From Octopus sinensis (lineage: Eukaryota): a DNA stretch of 64,000 nt. The first letter of the stretch is position 1. The number at the start of each line of letters is the position of its first letter. Shown one piece after another: positions 50,488-62,817 of the stretch. Both the position numbers and the translations under genes were made by a program. The stretch is from NCBI RefSeq assembly GCF_006345805.1, contig NC_042998.1:16058001-16122000 (forward strand). Reading direction: 5' to 3'. Below the pieces are notes generated by a model that was not told the DNA's origin, searched no databases, and was given only the letters and a program-made list of their open reading frames with translations.

Positions 50488-51356
50488 TCGGTGCTACACT
50501 GACAGCGGTAATGTCCCGTTTTTCTTCCTTTTTTTTTTTTTTCCCTTTTAAACTGAGGGAGGGTGCGTCTCCTCCGTGGCTGGAAGATTCGCCTTCCTCT
50601 CTCATCCCTATTATCCTTTGGTGAGCACCCATTGTTGCTCACCTTCCTCTTTCGGCCTCTGTTTGAGGAGTCCTCTGCTTTCTCGGCCGTTATCGTTCCC
50701 TCTTCTAGAGGGGTTTTACTTAACTGTTCCGGGATCCTATTTTGTTCCCGAGGACAGTTCTTCTTTATGTGGCCGGACTCCAAGCACCGATGACACTTAG
50801 GGGGGCGACCCTCAAGCATCACCGGGTACCTGCACCCGGCCATTTTCAAAAAATCTGGAAGAACCAGATTGGCTGATTGGGTCCACAGGGTCAAAATTGC
50901 TTTTGACCCAACCCAAGCAGCCGCAGGAAGAACTTTTACATTGAGGAGCTTAGTTTCGCTGTCACCCAGACCCCGGCGGATTGTCTCCTCTATCCACTCG
51001 GGTTCTATTTCGGGTGGCAGTCCGCAGATCCAAGCTTTCATCAATTTCTTGTTTTTGTACGTGGGCAGGAATAAGATTTCCTTACCCTCCAAGGGTTTGC
51101 TAGCAAATTTGCAAGCCTCTTCAGGGGTGTCAAATAGCAACCACACCGTTGCATATTTGACACCCCTGGAAATGAATTTAATTGTTGGCAAATACTTTTC
51201 CAACTCCTTTTCAATCGCCGTCTTTTCGAATAGGGCGATGGTGTCAAGTGCCTTGGAGTAGGCTCTCAACACCACCGTCCTATCTTCACGGTCTTTTAAC
51301 CACTTTTTAGGTGGTATGATTTCCCACTCCAAAAGTTTGTTATTTTTCATTGCCAT
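50355..51356 (-). CDS. Gag/ORF1-like nucleic-acid-binding protein with CCHC zinc knuckle (L1/Tx1-type)
   Basis: 333-aa ORF; GRPPKCHRCLESGHIKKNC = C-x2-C-x4-H-x4-C; upstream RRM-like segments; basic tail. Confidence 0.85.
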   Translation of the reverse strand: MAMKNNKLLEWEIIPPKKWLKDREDRTVVLRAYSKALDTIALFEKTAIEKELEKYLPTIKFISRGVKYATVWLLFDTPEEACKFASKPLEGKEILFLPTYKNKKLMKAWICGLPPEIEPEWIEETIRRGLGDSETKLLNVKVLPAAAWVGSKAILTLWTQSANLVLPDFLKMAGCRYPVMLEGRPPKCHRCLESGHIKKNCPREQNRIPEQLSKTPLEEGTITAEKAEDSSNRGRKRKVSNNGCSPKDNRDERGRRIFQPRRRRTLPQFKREKKKKGRKTGHYRCQCSTECRGTTSVGLCHRQGKEYRWRKLCRQRKNLMYWSSSIEEETLKK

Positions 51357-52202
51357 GTTTTTTTTTTAAATATATTCAAATTAAACTCAAAAGCAGGAAG
51401 AAAAAGTTCAAAAGTCCAAATAAAATTTGATAGATTTTTGAAAAAACAAAAAGGAGAAAGCACAACAGAAGGGAAGAAATTAACGGAAAGTCGCAATAAA
51501 GAAAAAAAAACAAAAAGGGGGGGGTTAAATGAAGTTCAAAAGAAAGTTAATAAACAGAAAAGACACAGCAAAAATATTCTGGTCTTGCGGTACTCCCGGC
51601 CTGGGTTGAACCTGGAACGCCGCAACTGCAACACAACCTCCACAAAAATGGGCCCGAAAGGTAATCCAATAGTGGCTTATTTTATAATTTTCTTGCGAAG
51701 TAGTAACACAAGCAAACAAATTAATTTTGCGGAGGGGCTACGCCTCCTCAAAAAGCACAATTCTCACTAAAGAGTGAGACCTTAGACACGACAACAGGCA
51801 GAGAAATATATCTGAAGTAAAGTGAAGTCTATTACCCCCAAAAATATTAATGCTAGATAACGTTAACTGGTAAATAACATTAAGCAAGCAATAAACTCAC
51901 TATGCTTCTAAAATACAGAACGTCTTACCTGTCGCCGAGTCAAAAGTTCAACATTTCACGTTCAAACACGTGACATTTGCAGGAGCAAAAAACAACACGT
52001 CTGTCTGGTAAGCAAGCTACTTACCACACAGCCACTCCTGCGCCTATATATATATATATATATAAGTGTAAATATTCTTTAGATATATACAAACACTCAC
52101 GCACACACAAACACATGCACACATACGCCCGACATCCTATAAATAAAAATATATATTTTTGATTGTCTTGCTTCATTCTAAATATTTAAATTTACATTTC
52201 AG

Positions 52203-52336
52203 ATGACGAAAATTCTCTATTGGTAATGAACCCACATCACAAACAATCCAAGGTGAACATCAACATTTGCACCAGTTTAAAAGATGACTCGGAAGATGCT
52301 AAAACATCACTTCTACGAACTCACGTGGCTTTGTAA
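52203..52336 (+). CDS. Weak candidate terminal coding exon (xDENSLLVM...KTSLLRTHVAL*)
   Basis: Acceptor tttacatttcAG at 52201-52202; only one phase open (43 codons to TAA); AATAAA at 52465. Confidence 0.25.
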
Positions 52337-52654
52337 ACTTTTATTTGAATCTCATGTTCTTTCTTTTAACGAGTTTCAGGGCCACATATCCAATATTCAT
52401 TAACAAAGCTTATTTCGCTGAGCTAATTCACTACTGGACAGTATACGTCTGTATCATAAATGCTAATAAATATTTCCTATTTATAAATTATTTTTTTACT
52501 AATACTCATAGAAAAGTAATATTTTCCCGTCGGTAATTTGTCATACTGAATTAGTTTGAGATATCTCCTTTACAACGGCTATATTTCTGGATTACTACAC
52601 AATACATTATTACATACACCCACACATACACAAATACGTATATAATATATATAT

Positions 52655-52690
<36 letters not shown>

Positions 52691-53132
52691 ATATGTATGT
52701 ATGTAAAGCAATAGACGAAGTGTGTTCAAGTATTAATAGTATAAATGATATATACATATGTATGTAGGTGTGTGTGTATGCGTGTAGGGATAAAATATAT
52801 TTTACATATATGGATATGCTTGTGGAAAGGCGCACAAACGCGCGCGCGTATTACACACACATATACCTGTCAAGGTATTTTACTTTTTAATCAATCAAAC
52901 GCTCCTTTTGTTTTAGTTATGTCAATCACACACTTTTTCGGTATCTGTCTATACGAATGTTGACACATACAACCTCCGACACACATATCCATTATGTATA
53001 TATACATATATACATATGTATATATACATATGCATATATATTATATATATCATTTATGTATATATATATACGTGTGTATGTATATTTATGTTTGTTTATA
53101 TATATATATTTATATATGTATGTATGTTTTGG

Positions 53133-53250
<118 letters not shown>

Positions 53251-53785
53251 CACTGCCCTCAGATATATTTGTATGTATGTATTATTGAGCTTATAAAACA
53301 TTTTATTCTCTAAAGATAATCCTCCATTCCGAACTGATATCAACTTCGGGCTCTATAAATTTGCTTTCCACCAACAATCACATTACTATTGCTAATAGAG
53401 TACTCTAACCCATAGTCCATCTCCTATTAAATATATCGGTAATACAGTTTCGTCGAATTAAGTTGGAATCTCCTCTAATCTTAGTGTTGTTTGTTCATTT
53501 TGCTGTAACTTACGTTAGCGAAATCGTTTACAATGAATATAATAGCAATACTATTATCAGTGATCTAAGTGAGAGATGAGAGAATATCTAAACAGCATTG
53601 AAAGCTTTGTCAAATATGTATTTTGCTGTGTAATAACAATGTACCACATATACTGGCATTAATAATCCAAATAATAATAACTAGTAGTTCTCGTATAAAT
53701 TCCACAGTTGTTTTGAAAATTGTATGATGAAATTGTATACTTTTCTGAAGCATTTGATTGTTTAGTAGATGTAAATCTCCACACA

Positions 53786-54200
53786 TAGGCGCAGGAGTGG
53801 CTGTGTGGTAAGTAGCTTGCTAAACAACCACATGGTTCCGGGTTCAGTCCCACTGCGTGGCACCTTGGGCAAGTGTCTTCTGCTATAGCCCCGAGCCGAC
53901 CAAAGCCTTGTGAGTGGATTTGGTAGACGGAAACTGAAAGAAGCCCGTCGTATATATGTATGTATATATATATATGTGTGTGTATATGTGTTTGTGTGTC
54001 TGTGTTTGTCCTCCTAGCATTGTTTGACAACCGATGCTGGTGTGTTTACGTCCCCGTTACTTAGCGGTTCGGCAAAAGAGACCGATAGAATAAGTACTGG
54101 GCTTACAAAGAATAAGTGCCGGGGTCGATTTGCTCGACTATAGGCGGTGCTCCAGCATGGCCGCAGTCAAATGACTGAAAAAAGTAAAAGAGTAAAGAGT
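53786..54200 (+). mobile_element. SINE family A, full length reference copy
   Basis: taggcgcaggagTGGCTGTGTGGtaag (A-box-like), ggttcagtccc (B-box-like), internal (TA)/(TG), tail ...tgactgaaaaaagtaaaagag. Confidence 0.92.
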
Positions 54201-54699
54201 ATAGGTACTGAATAGGCAAACAATGAATGAATGAATCAATAAATAAGTCAATTAATCATTCAATTTCTCTATCACTCCTTCTTTCTCTCCCTCTCCGAAT
54301 TCTGCGCCTAACACATTTCTATCTCCTTCTCTCTATTCTTATATATTTCATCAACTCCCTAACCAAACAGCTTAATAGTTAACACGCTTACCTCTCAGTG
54401 CTGACATAATTCTTTCTCTCTCTGTCTCTCTCACTCTCTCTCTCTCTCTCTCCCTTTCTATCTGTCTCTGTCTTCGCATCTCCCATGAACTAACCACGCG
54501 CAAGCATCTCATATTCGGTTTAGCGTAATAACTATTATATTAACAGGTGTCGCTCCCTCCGTTTTCTCTTGCTCTTCGTCTCACCTTTCAACTAACCACA
54601 AGACGGCTTAATGCACTTGGACTTAACGCATAGGTATATAAATGATCTCTATTATAGATCGAAGACCTGAGACATTGGGAGAATGGGATGGTCGATTAC

Positions 54700-54850
54700 A
54701 CTGATCCATGTGTGCAAAGGTTACTTATTTTTAAACCCCGAAAGGTTGAAAGACACAATCAACCTCAGCGGAATTCGAACTCAGACCGTAATGCCTGAAG
54801 AAATATCGCTATACTTTTTATCCGGAATCTTAACAATTCTGCCAGCTCAC
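54700..54850 (-). mobile_element. Degenerate SINE B
   Basis: ccccgaaaggttgaaag...ggaattcgaactcagac...ctgccagctc. Confidence 0.6.
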
Positions 54851-54930
54851 TACACTAATGTTAATAATGATTCTGGTGACGGTAGTAGTAGTAGTAGTAG
54901 TAGTAGTAATAATAATAATAATAGTAATAA

Positions 54931-56504
54931 GTCCTATATAATCTTAACAAGACAAAATGAAGTAGATTGACATGTAATTTTTAAATCTGTGGAAGTCACG
55001 CTAGATTTGAATATCGTTCAACAAAATTCTCATGATAACTATGGTTCTGTTCTGTTTATTTCTGTATAACTTCTGGAGGAGTTACCTCAGTCCTGTATAA
55101 TCTTTAAAATAATGAAATAGACTGACATGTAATATTTGAACCTGTGGAAGGCACGCTAGATGCCGAAATATCGTTCAACCAATTTCATACGATAGCTATG
55201 GCACTCCGGTATCTGTTTATTTCTGTATAACTTCTGGAGGAGTTACCTCAGTCCTGTATAATCTTTAAAATAATGAAATAGACTGACATGTAATATTTGA
55301 ACCTGTGGAATGCACGCTAGATGGCGAAATATCGTTCAACCTATTTCATACGATAGCTATGGCACTCCGGTATCTGTTTATTTCTGTATAACTTCTGGAG
55401 GAGTTACCTCAGTCCTGTATAATCTTTAAAATAATGAAATAGACTGACATGTAATTTTTAAATCCGTTTAAGGCACGCTAGATGCCGAAATATCGTTCAA
55501 CCAATTTCAAGAGATGACTATGGCAAATTCGGTTTATTCTTCTATAAATTCTGGAGGAGTTACATCAGTCCTATATAATGTTAACAAAACAAATAATGAA
55601 ATAGAGTGACATGTTGTTTTTGAACCTGTGGAAGAGAGGCTAGATGCCGAAATATCGTTCAACCAATTTCACATGATAACTATGGCATTCTTCTATTTAT
55701 TTCTCTATAACATTTGGAGGTTTTTCCTTAGTCCTATATAATCTTAACCCAAAAAATAAAACTAATAATAATAAAATAAATAGACTGACATCTAATTTTT
55801 GAACCTGTGGAAAGATGCCGAAATATCGTTCAACCAATTTCACATGATAACTATGGCATTCTTCTATTTATTTCTCTATAACCTCAGTCCTATATAATCT
55901 TTAAAAAAAATGAAATTGACTGACGTGTAACTTTTGAACCTGTGGTAGGCACGCCACATGCCTAAATATCGTTCAACCAATTTCAAATGATGAATATGGC
56001 ATTCTTCTCTTTATTTCTGTATAACTTCTGGTGGGGTTACCTCAGTCCAATATTATCTTAAAAAAAAAAAACAGTGAAATAGACTGACATCTAATTTTTG
56101 AACCTGTGGAAGGCACGCTAGATGCCGAAATATTGTTCAACCAATTTCACATCATAATTTGGTACTCTTCTTTTTATTTCTGTATAACTTCTGGAGATGT
56201 TACCTCGGTCCAACATAATTTTAGGAAAAAAAAAATAGATTGACATGTAATTTTTGAACCTGTGTAAGGTACAAGAGATGCCGAAATATCGTTCAAATAA
56301 TTTCATATAACTATGGCATTCTTCTGCTTATTTCTCTATAACTTTTGTAGGAGTTACCTCAGTTCTATATCATCAGAACGGAAAATAAAAAATAAAATAG
56401 ACTGATATGTAATTTTAGAACCTGTGGAAGACACGGTAGATGCCGAAATATCGTTCAACCAATTTCACATGATAAATATGGCATTCTTCTATCTATTTAT
56501 TTCT
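54931..56504 (+). repeat. Tandem array of ten ~160-bp monomers, each with a hammerhead-like fold
   Basis: Core starts at 54987, 55142, 55303, 55464, 55626, 55805, 55940, 56104, 56260, 56422; flanked by (TAA)n/(TAG)n. Confidence 0.93.
55136..55178 (+). ncRNA. Variant minimal type-I hammerhead fold (array consensus copy)
   Basis: TTGAAC-CTGTGGA-A-GGCA(cgctaga)TGCC-GAAA-TA-TC-GTTCAA; near-identical copy at 56098-56140; A6 replaced by U. Confidence 0.6.
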
Positions 56505-56737
56505 TAATATTAATAATAATAATAAGAAAAATAAAAGTATTCACTATTGATAGTTGTGGGATGAATCCAAATGCCGACTAGATCACTTGTACAGCAGCAA
56601 CTCACGATCTGCCCAATTTGCGCCAAGAAACATTATATATATATATGTGCATATGCGTGTGTTTGCGCATATATATATAAATGTGTGTGTGTGTGTGTGT
56701 GCGTGTATTTCTTTCCTGATATTCATATATTTAATTT

Positions 56738-56908
56738 TTTACTACCCACAAGGGGCTAAACACAGAGGAGACGAACAAGGACACACGAATGGATTAAGTC
56801 GATTACATCGACCCTAGTGCGTAAATGTTACTTAATTTATCGACCCCGAAAGGATGAAAGGCAAAGTCGACTTCGGGGGAATTTGAACTCAGAACGTAAC
56901 GGTAGACT
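56738..56908 (-). mobile_element. SINE family B (B1), head truncated
   Basis: Matches B. Confidence 0.88.
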
Positions 56909-58775
56909 AAATATGATATTCTTATATTTACGCCGAATCATATGGTCATATTTTTATATTCAGAAAATCTCGTTTAATCTCTCCTTTTTTCCTGTATTTC
57001 ATTAATCTCTCGAATTAAAAATTCATATGCCAGGACATTCTACGTATATTCAACATGTTTGGATTCCTCATTTTCTATCTATGAAGACTCTATGTATAGT
57101 TCTGTAAATACAATAATATCTTACTTCATTCTCTTCAATTTAATTTACATTTTCTCTGTCACATTGTTTTATTTTATAATTTATTCCTCTAATCTGTTAT
57201 CACCAGAATAGTCGCAAAATTGATTCTGTTTATTCGATTAACAACGATAAAGAGTGAGACGATTTTTCTATTTTGTGGAAGAGATGGAATTCCAGGATAT
57301 ATAATGCAATAATTATCTAATGTTTAATCTAATATGCTATGCAAACATTTTGTTATAATTTCGTTATTTTTATTTGTAATTTTCGCTTATTGCTCTGTTT
57401 CTTCGTTTAGTTTTGTGGATGAACACTGTCGTAAGAATGGGTAACGCATTTTTGCACCCGTTCGAAACACAGTCATGAAAAAGAAGAGAAAACTTTGGAA
57501 AGATTATTATATCGCTTGGCGCCCTGAGTTCGAATTCAGTTAAAGTCAAATTTTTATATATTTTGTCGATATAGTAAAAGTGTCGGGTGACAGAATTTGT
57601 TCGTCGGGTGAGAATACTTTGGGTATTATATCGTTTTTTTTAAAAACTTTTTAACATTGGTGCTAATCTTTCGTTTTACTTTCGACAACGGCCGCTCCGT
57701 GGAAAAATGGATTTGGACAACTGTTGATCCTAACAATGGCTATTACTAGAGGCTGCATTTGGAGGGTATCCTTTCATGTACAAAATAACAGTGTTTTCTG
57801 ACGGACGGAATCTACGAATTGCAATGGTTTCATTACAGTTGTTTAATGCACTAAAACACAAAACAATTGCAATGAAAACGACAGCTATGTTGGTATTAAC
57901 ACGTGTTAAAGTAAGCATTAAGGTAATAGTACCCTCAATAACTAATAGTATATTCAAAGAGTTCTATATATATATGCTGGTCTGTATATATCAGACTTTC
58001 AACAGAGGTAATATCAGTGCCTTGTGACACGTTTGCACGCTCTTTCAAGCTGGTTTTAGGGAGGGAGGCATCTCAGAATGGAGAATGTTTGCAACAGAGA
58101 TCCCTATGCTAAAGTCACTGGATGTACAAGGTGGTGGCGTCAAATCGGGAGATATTGACGTCTTCCAACATAGTTGACAATAGCATGATTCGAAATCAGA
58201 ACGCAAAATACAGGGGTAAATAACAGAAAGTATCCAGTCCTACGGTCATAGATTTTCCTCGATCCATCACTTCAGACTTGTAATGCTTATCTGCCTCGTA
58301 TCGATGAAATGCATCTTTCGCCTCTGGAACTTAACACGCTGTAAGCAGAACTATATACTACCAGGTATTCTATTTGACACTCAACCCATCTTTCAGAAAT
58401 ATCATCAAATGTGCTGGGAAGAGAAGTTTTGTATTTTAGTACAGTGTCATAACAGACTTATCGGCACCGTAATTGTAACAGAATAGTTCACATCGATTTG
58501 CTATATAGTTTCATGGCTTGAGAATGTTGGAGATTGTTGCGCCATGAAAATGTGTTCATCTAATATCCAGGTGGCACTTACGAGTTTGTACGCATATGTC
58601 CGTGTGTCTGTGCATGTGTGTGTATGTGTGAGTCAATGTATTTCATGTTGTGTCAGTGTTTTGCGTGTCGGTATTTTACGAATATTCTGTGGTAGATAGA
58701 AGTTCTCTATTCTGCATCGCCTACAAGCTGAGTGGTGCATAGAAAAATGAACGATATCTTTTAATTTACATCATT

Positions 58776-58933
58776 GAGTGGCTGTGTGGTAAGTAGCTTG
58801 CTTACGAACTACATGGTTCCGGGTTCAGTCCCACTGCGTGGCACCTTGGGCAATTGTCTTCTACTATAGCCTCGGGCCGACCAAAACCTTGTGAGTGGAT
58901 TTGGTAGACGGAAACTGAAAGAAACTCGTCGTA

Positions 58934-58977
<44 letters not shown>

Positions 58978-59167
58978 GATCTGTGTGTATATATTTGTGT
59001 GTCTGTGTTTGTCCCCCCAACATCACTTGACAACCGATGCTGGTGTGTTTACGTCCCCGTAACTTAGCGGGTCGGCAAAAGAGAATAAGTACTAGGCTTA
59101 CAAAGAATAAATCCAGGGGGTCGATTTGCTCGGCCACAGTCAAATGACTGAAACAAGTAAAATAGTA
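58776..59167 (+). mobile_element. SINE family A with small internal deletions
   Basis: Matches A. Confidence 0.9.
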
Positions 59168-60039
59168 AGAGAGAGAGAGAGAGAGAGATTTGTAACTATT
59201 GTGCCCAGAATAAACGATACTAGCAAAATGTTCATGCTCCTGAAAAATTTTGTAGATTTTGCTAAAACTGAAATTAACTCTGCTGCAGCAGTGACTTCCT
59301 TAAATCAACTTATTCCTTCTGGGACCAGTACGAGTATGCTTGTGATTTTGTAAGGTTATTATACATTTGCAGTTAATTAGCCTAGCTTTACAGATAAAAT
59401 TACATTTTATATACACTCACGTTCCTCACAATGATTTGATAGCCAGTACCAGAAATCAACACATTTATCACATTATGGATGAATTAATTGCTAAGCGTTT
59501 TGACGTAAGGTAACATTATACACCATAAGAAGCAATTTGGGATATAAATTTACTCTAACAAGATACGTCGTTATCTACTACATTAAATGTGGTTCTAATA
59601 CAGATAAAATATCAAGATTTAAAAGTTGACAGATTAAATAGACTGCGGTAACTAGCATGCGATACTAGGGCTGTTTATTTAATTGGTGACGCACTTGTAT
59701 CTTATGGCATACATGCGAGGTTCCATAACTGTCAAGTTTTCCTAGTCTCTAGTTTCAACTTTATATTATAACTACAATCACTATTACAATAGTGTAAGAG
59801 ATTTGTGGCGAAATCTGTGTGATTAAATATAATATCAATTCATGTCGTATTTGCGCAGTATCTTCTATTAATAATTAGTTTCTCCCAAACATTATACAAA
59901 AAAAAAAAAAAGATTTAACTTACTGCTAAGCATTTAGGAATTATTTATGAAATATGCTCTTCGAAATATATCTTATAAACACACGCTTAGATAGGATAAA
60001 AAGATAAGGACCCTTTTTGTGTTATAAATACTCACAGGG

Positions 60040-60255
60040 CCGCTTTCCCGGTTTCCGGGGAACATGTATTCCCCAACCTGAACTTGATGGTACTCCGTCG
60101 CCAATTATTCAATTTTGCTTGCTGACTGGACTGGAGTAACGTAAAATGAAGGGTCTAGTTCTAGAGTGGAACGCGTCACGCAGTCTTGGAATCGGAAACA
60201 AAACCTGACGATGAGGAGTTCAAAAACACTGACCACAAAGCCACACGCTTCCAGA
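60040..60255 (-). mobile_element. Degenerate SINE C (tail type 2)
   Basis: Similar to 27636-27880. Confidence 0.55.
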
Positions 60256-60290
60256 CAAATGCTACAGGTCTTTAATATATGTTTGACATC

Positions 60291-60333
<43 letters not shown>

Positions 60334-60399
60334 GGTCGTCATTTAAAAAGGGGTGTGGAATGTGTGGATAGGGTGGTATCAAGGAAGAGAGGAGGAAGA

Positions 60400-61050
60400 T
60401 AGAAGTCAAGAGATGAAGTGGGTGTCACATGAAGGGTGTTGAATCCGTGCGAACAGAGAAAATTAATTCAGGTTCACGGCGAAGGCGGAAGTCCGGATGG
60501 CACCTGTGCAAAGACAGTCCGAACACATAGATGTTGTAGTGAATGACCGGTAGAGCGGAAATGGCCCAAGACCTGGGTGTTATTGCCGAGTCTGATATCT
60601 CGGGGGTGTTCAGGGAAGAGCAGAAAGAGCAGGAGATGCAGAAAATGACGTTACTAGGTGATGTGATAGGGACGATGATGGGTGCCAGTGAGGATGGTGA
60701 ACAGTTCAAGATGTAGGGATAAGTGGTCGGGGGCAAGGGAACGAGCTAGGCTGGGAGGTAGGGTTAGGAAAGAAAGTGAACCAGTAGCTCACGCAAGTTA
60801 TGGACTCATTTGAAAAAGGGAAGGGGTAGGTTAAGGAAGGTGTACGAGGCGGAGAGGTCCAACTGGAGTCACCGCAAGGCTCGGAGAATGGTGCGTTGGA
60901 GTGAATGGTTGAGGGTTGGTAGGTGAGGGGAAAAGGACAAGGGCAACAGGGGAGGAGGTGCGGGAAGAAAGAGCAGAGGCATTGTCCACGAAACATGCCC
61001 TGGATAGTGGTGAGGGGATATCTACGTAGGATGAAATGGCGAGACATGAG
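60400..61050 (-). pseudogene. Penelope-like element: linker and GIY-YIG endonuclease remnant
   Basis: SQPSSFPCPRP/TYPYILNC zinc-finger linker, SNVIFCISCSFC (GIY-equivalent strand) and RLRREPELIFSVRT C-terminal motif; frameshifted. Confidence 0.72.
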
Positions 61051-61427
61051 TTGAGAAATACATATGCTTTTTCCAGTGGTAAGAAATCGCTGATGTCGAA
61101 ACTCTGATTGCGGGTTACTACTCAGAAAACCGGGTCCGTGTGTATCACATCAGGCCAGAGACGGGAACGATGACTTCCCTTCGCAGATACTGACCGAGCA
61201 CAGAAAGTGTGTCGTTAGCCGGCTGGATGAGATGTCTTCCTGGGGCTATAAACTACAGTAGCATTGCCCCATATGGGTCAGCCACATTTAGGTGGCAAAT
61301 ATACTTCACAATGTCGTGCTGCTAATATTTAATTCTCGCTCAGAGATTTATTATTGCGTATACATACTCATATACATACATACACACGCACAAACACACA
61401 CAAACACACAGACACAGACACACACAA

Positions 61428-61475
<48 letters not shown>

Positions 61476-61499
61476 CAGTCGCCATGATAGATCGGTAGA

Positions 61500-61690
61500 C
61501 ACTACACACATTACTTTTCTCTCCTTGTTTCTCTATTTGTTTTTTTTTCTGCGTCCCTTTCTGTAAAAGAGCGTGGGCTCGAAACGTAAAAGTCTTTTTC
61601 AAGTCCTGAGCGTTATACTAATACATCTGTTTGTTTTGTACACCACCTGTCTTCGTCCTTTGTTTTTTTTCGTGAACTCTCCCCTCTCTC
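61500..61690 (+). mobile_element. P1 Penelope-like end with decayed hammerhead-like fold
   Basis: CTTT-CTGTAAA-A-GAGC(gtgg)GCTC-GAAA-CG-TA-AAAG at 61557-61592; then (TA)n. Confidence 0.6.
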
Positions 61691-61764
61691 TCTATATATA
61701 TATGTATATATATATGTATATATATGTATGTATATATACACACACACACATATATATATATATT

Positions 61765-61828
<64 letters not shown>

Positions 61829-62599
61829 TAGATAGATTGATAGATAGATAGATAGATCAGAAATACATATAAGACTATTACAAACAATTTAATTAGGAAT
61901 ATTTCGCTTAGACTCTCTAGATTATCAGCTAAAGTTGCTATCTTCAACGATAGAGCTGAGTTTTATAACTCCGCCTAACTTAAAGCAGGCTATAAAGGAA
62001 AAATTGCCCATATTAACACCATTTACCTTAACTCTACCTCTATTAATCAGGACATGAAACCAAGTCATAACGACATTAACAATATTAATTTTAGTTCGAA
62101 TAACAACACAAAATAAAATAATGTAATTCTGAAGCATGAGGGAGTTAACCGTTTTATAAGACCCTTTTTTCTTTATAAAGTTACATCGAGGACTTTTAAA
62201 GATAATTACCCTAATAACAATATATATATATCCTAGCAAATCTCTTTGGTTGATAATTCCATGTGGTAAGCAGATCAAATCCGACCTCTCTTGTCAGTTT
62301 CGTGATGCTATAGAAAGGAGTATGGCAAAATATGCAAGATACTATTCGATTATTACTTCACACCTTATCAGGATAGGGTTCTCTAACAACGAACATTTTT
62401 CACAAATCATCTCTTCGCGTAATAATAAATTGTTAAATACGAATCAACCTTTCGCTAACCTGTCAGCACCACTCTCTTCATAGTCTTCACTCATATAAAC
62501 AGAAACATACACAGCACCATGCACACACACACACACATCGAAAAGATCATAATAAACAAGTTGATCTGAAATGGAATATACCAATTTCGTTAATATCAA

Positions 62600-62817
62600 C
62601 GAGGGGCTAAACACAGAGAGGACAAACAAGGACAGACAAACGTATTAAATCGATTACATCGACCCCAGTACTTAACTGGTACTTAATTTATCGACCCCGA
62701 AAGGAAGAAAGGCAAAAATCGACCTCGGGGGAATTTGAACCTAGAACGTAACGGCAGACGAAATACGGCTACGCATTTCGCCTGGCGTGCTAACGATTCT
62801 GCCAGCTCGCTGCCTTA
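62600..62817 (-). mobile_element. SINE family B (B1)
   Basis: Matches B. Confidence 0.88.

Larger units (their letters stand above)
49821..52005 (-). mobile_element. Complete 2185-bp non-autonomous retroelement encoding gag/ORF1 only
   Basis: Perfect 17-bp TSD tggtaagcaagctactt at 49804-49820 and 52006-52022; no TIR or LTR; no RT or endonuclease sequence. Confidence 0.85.

Noticed and set aside
54931-56504. CRISPR array, or satellite derived from the SINE B head
   Set aside because: There are no unique spacers and the context is eukaryotic; the resemblance to antisense SINE B (cgaaata.cg) is short and better explained by the ribozyme GAAA region.
57700-58560. Ancient RT remnant on the minus strand (FDATTLY resembling YADDTTLY)
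   Set aside because: Only one short motif; surrounding RT motifs could not be recovered.
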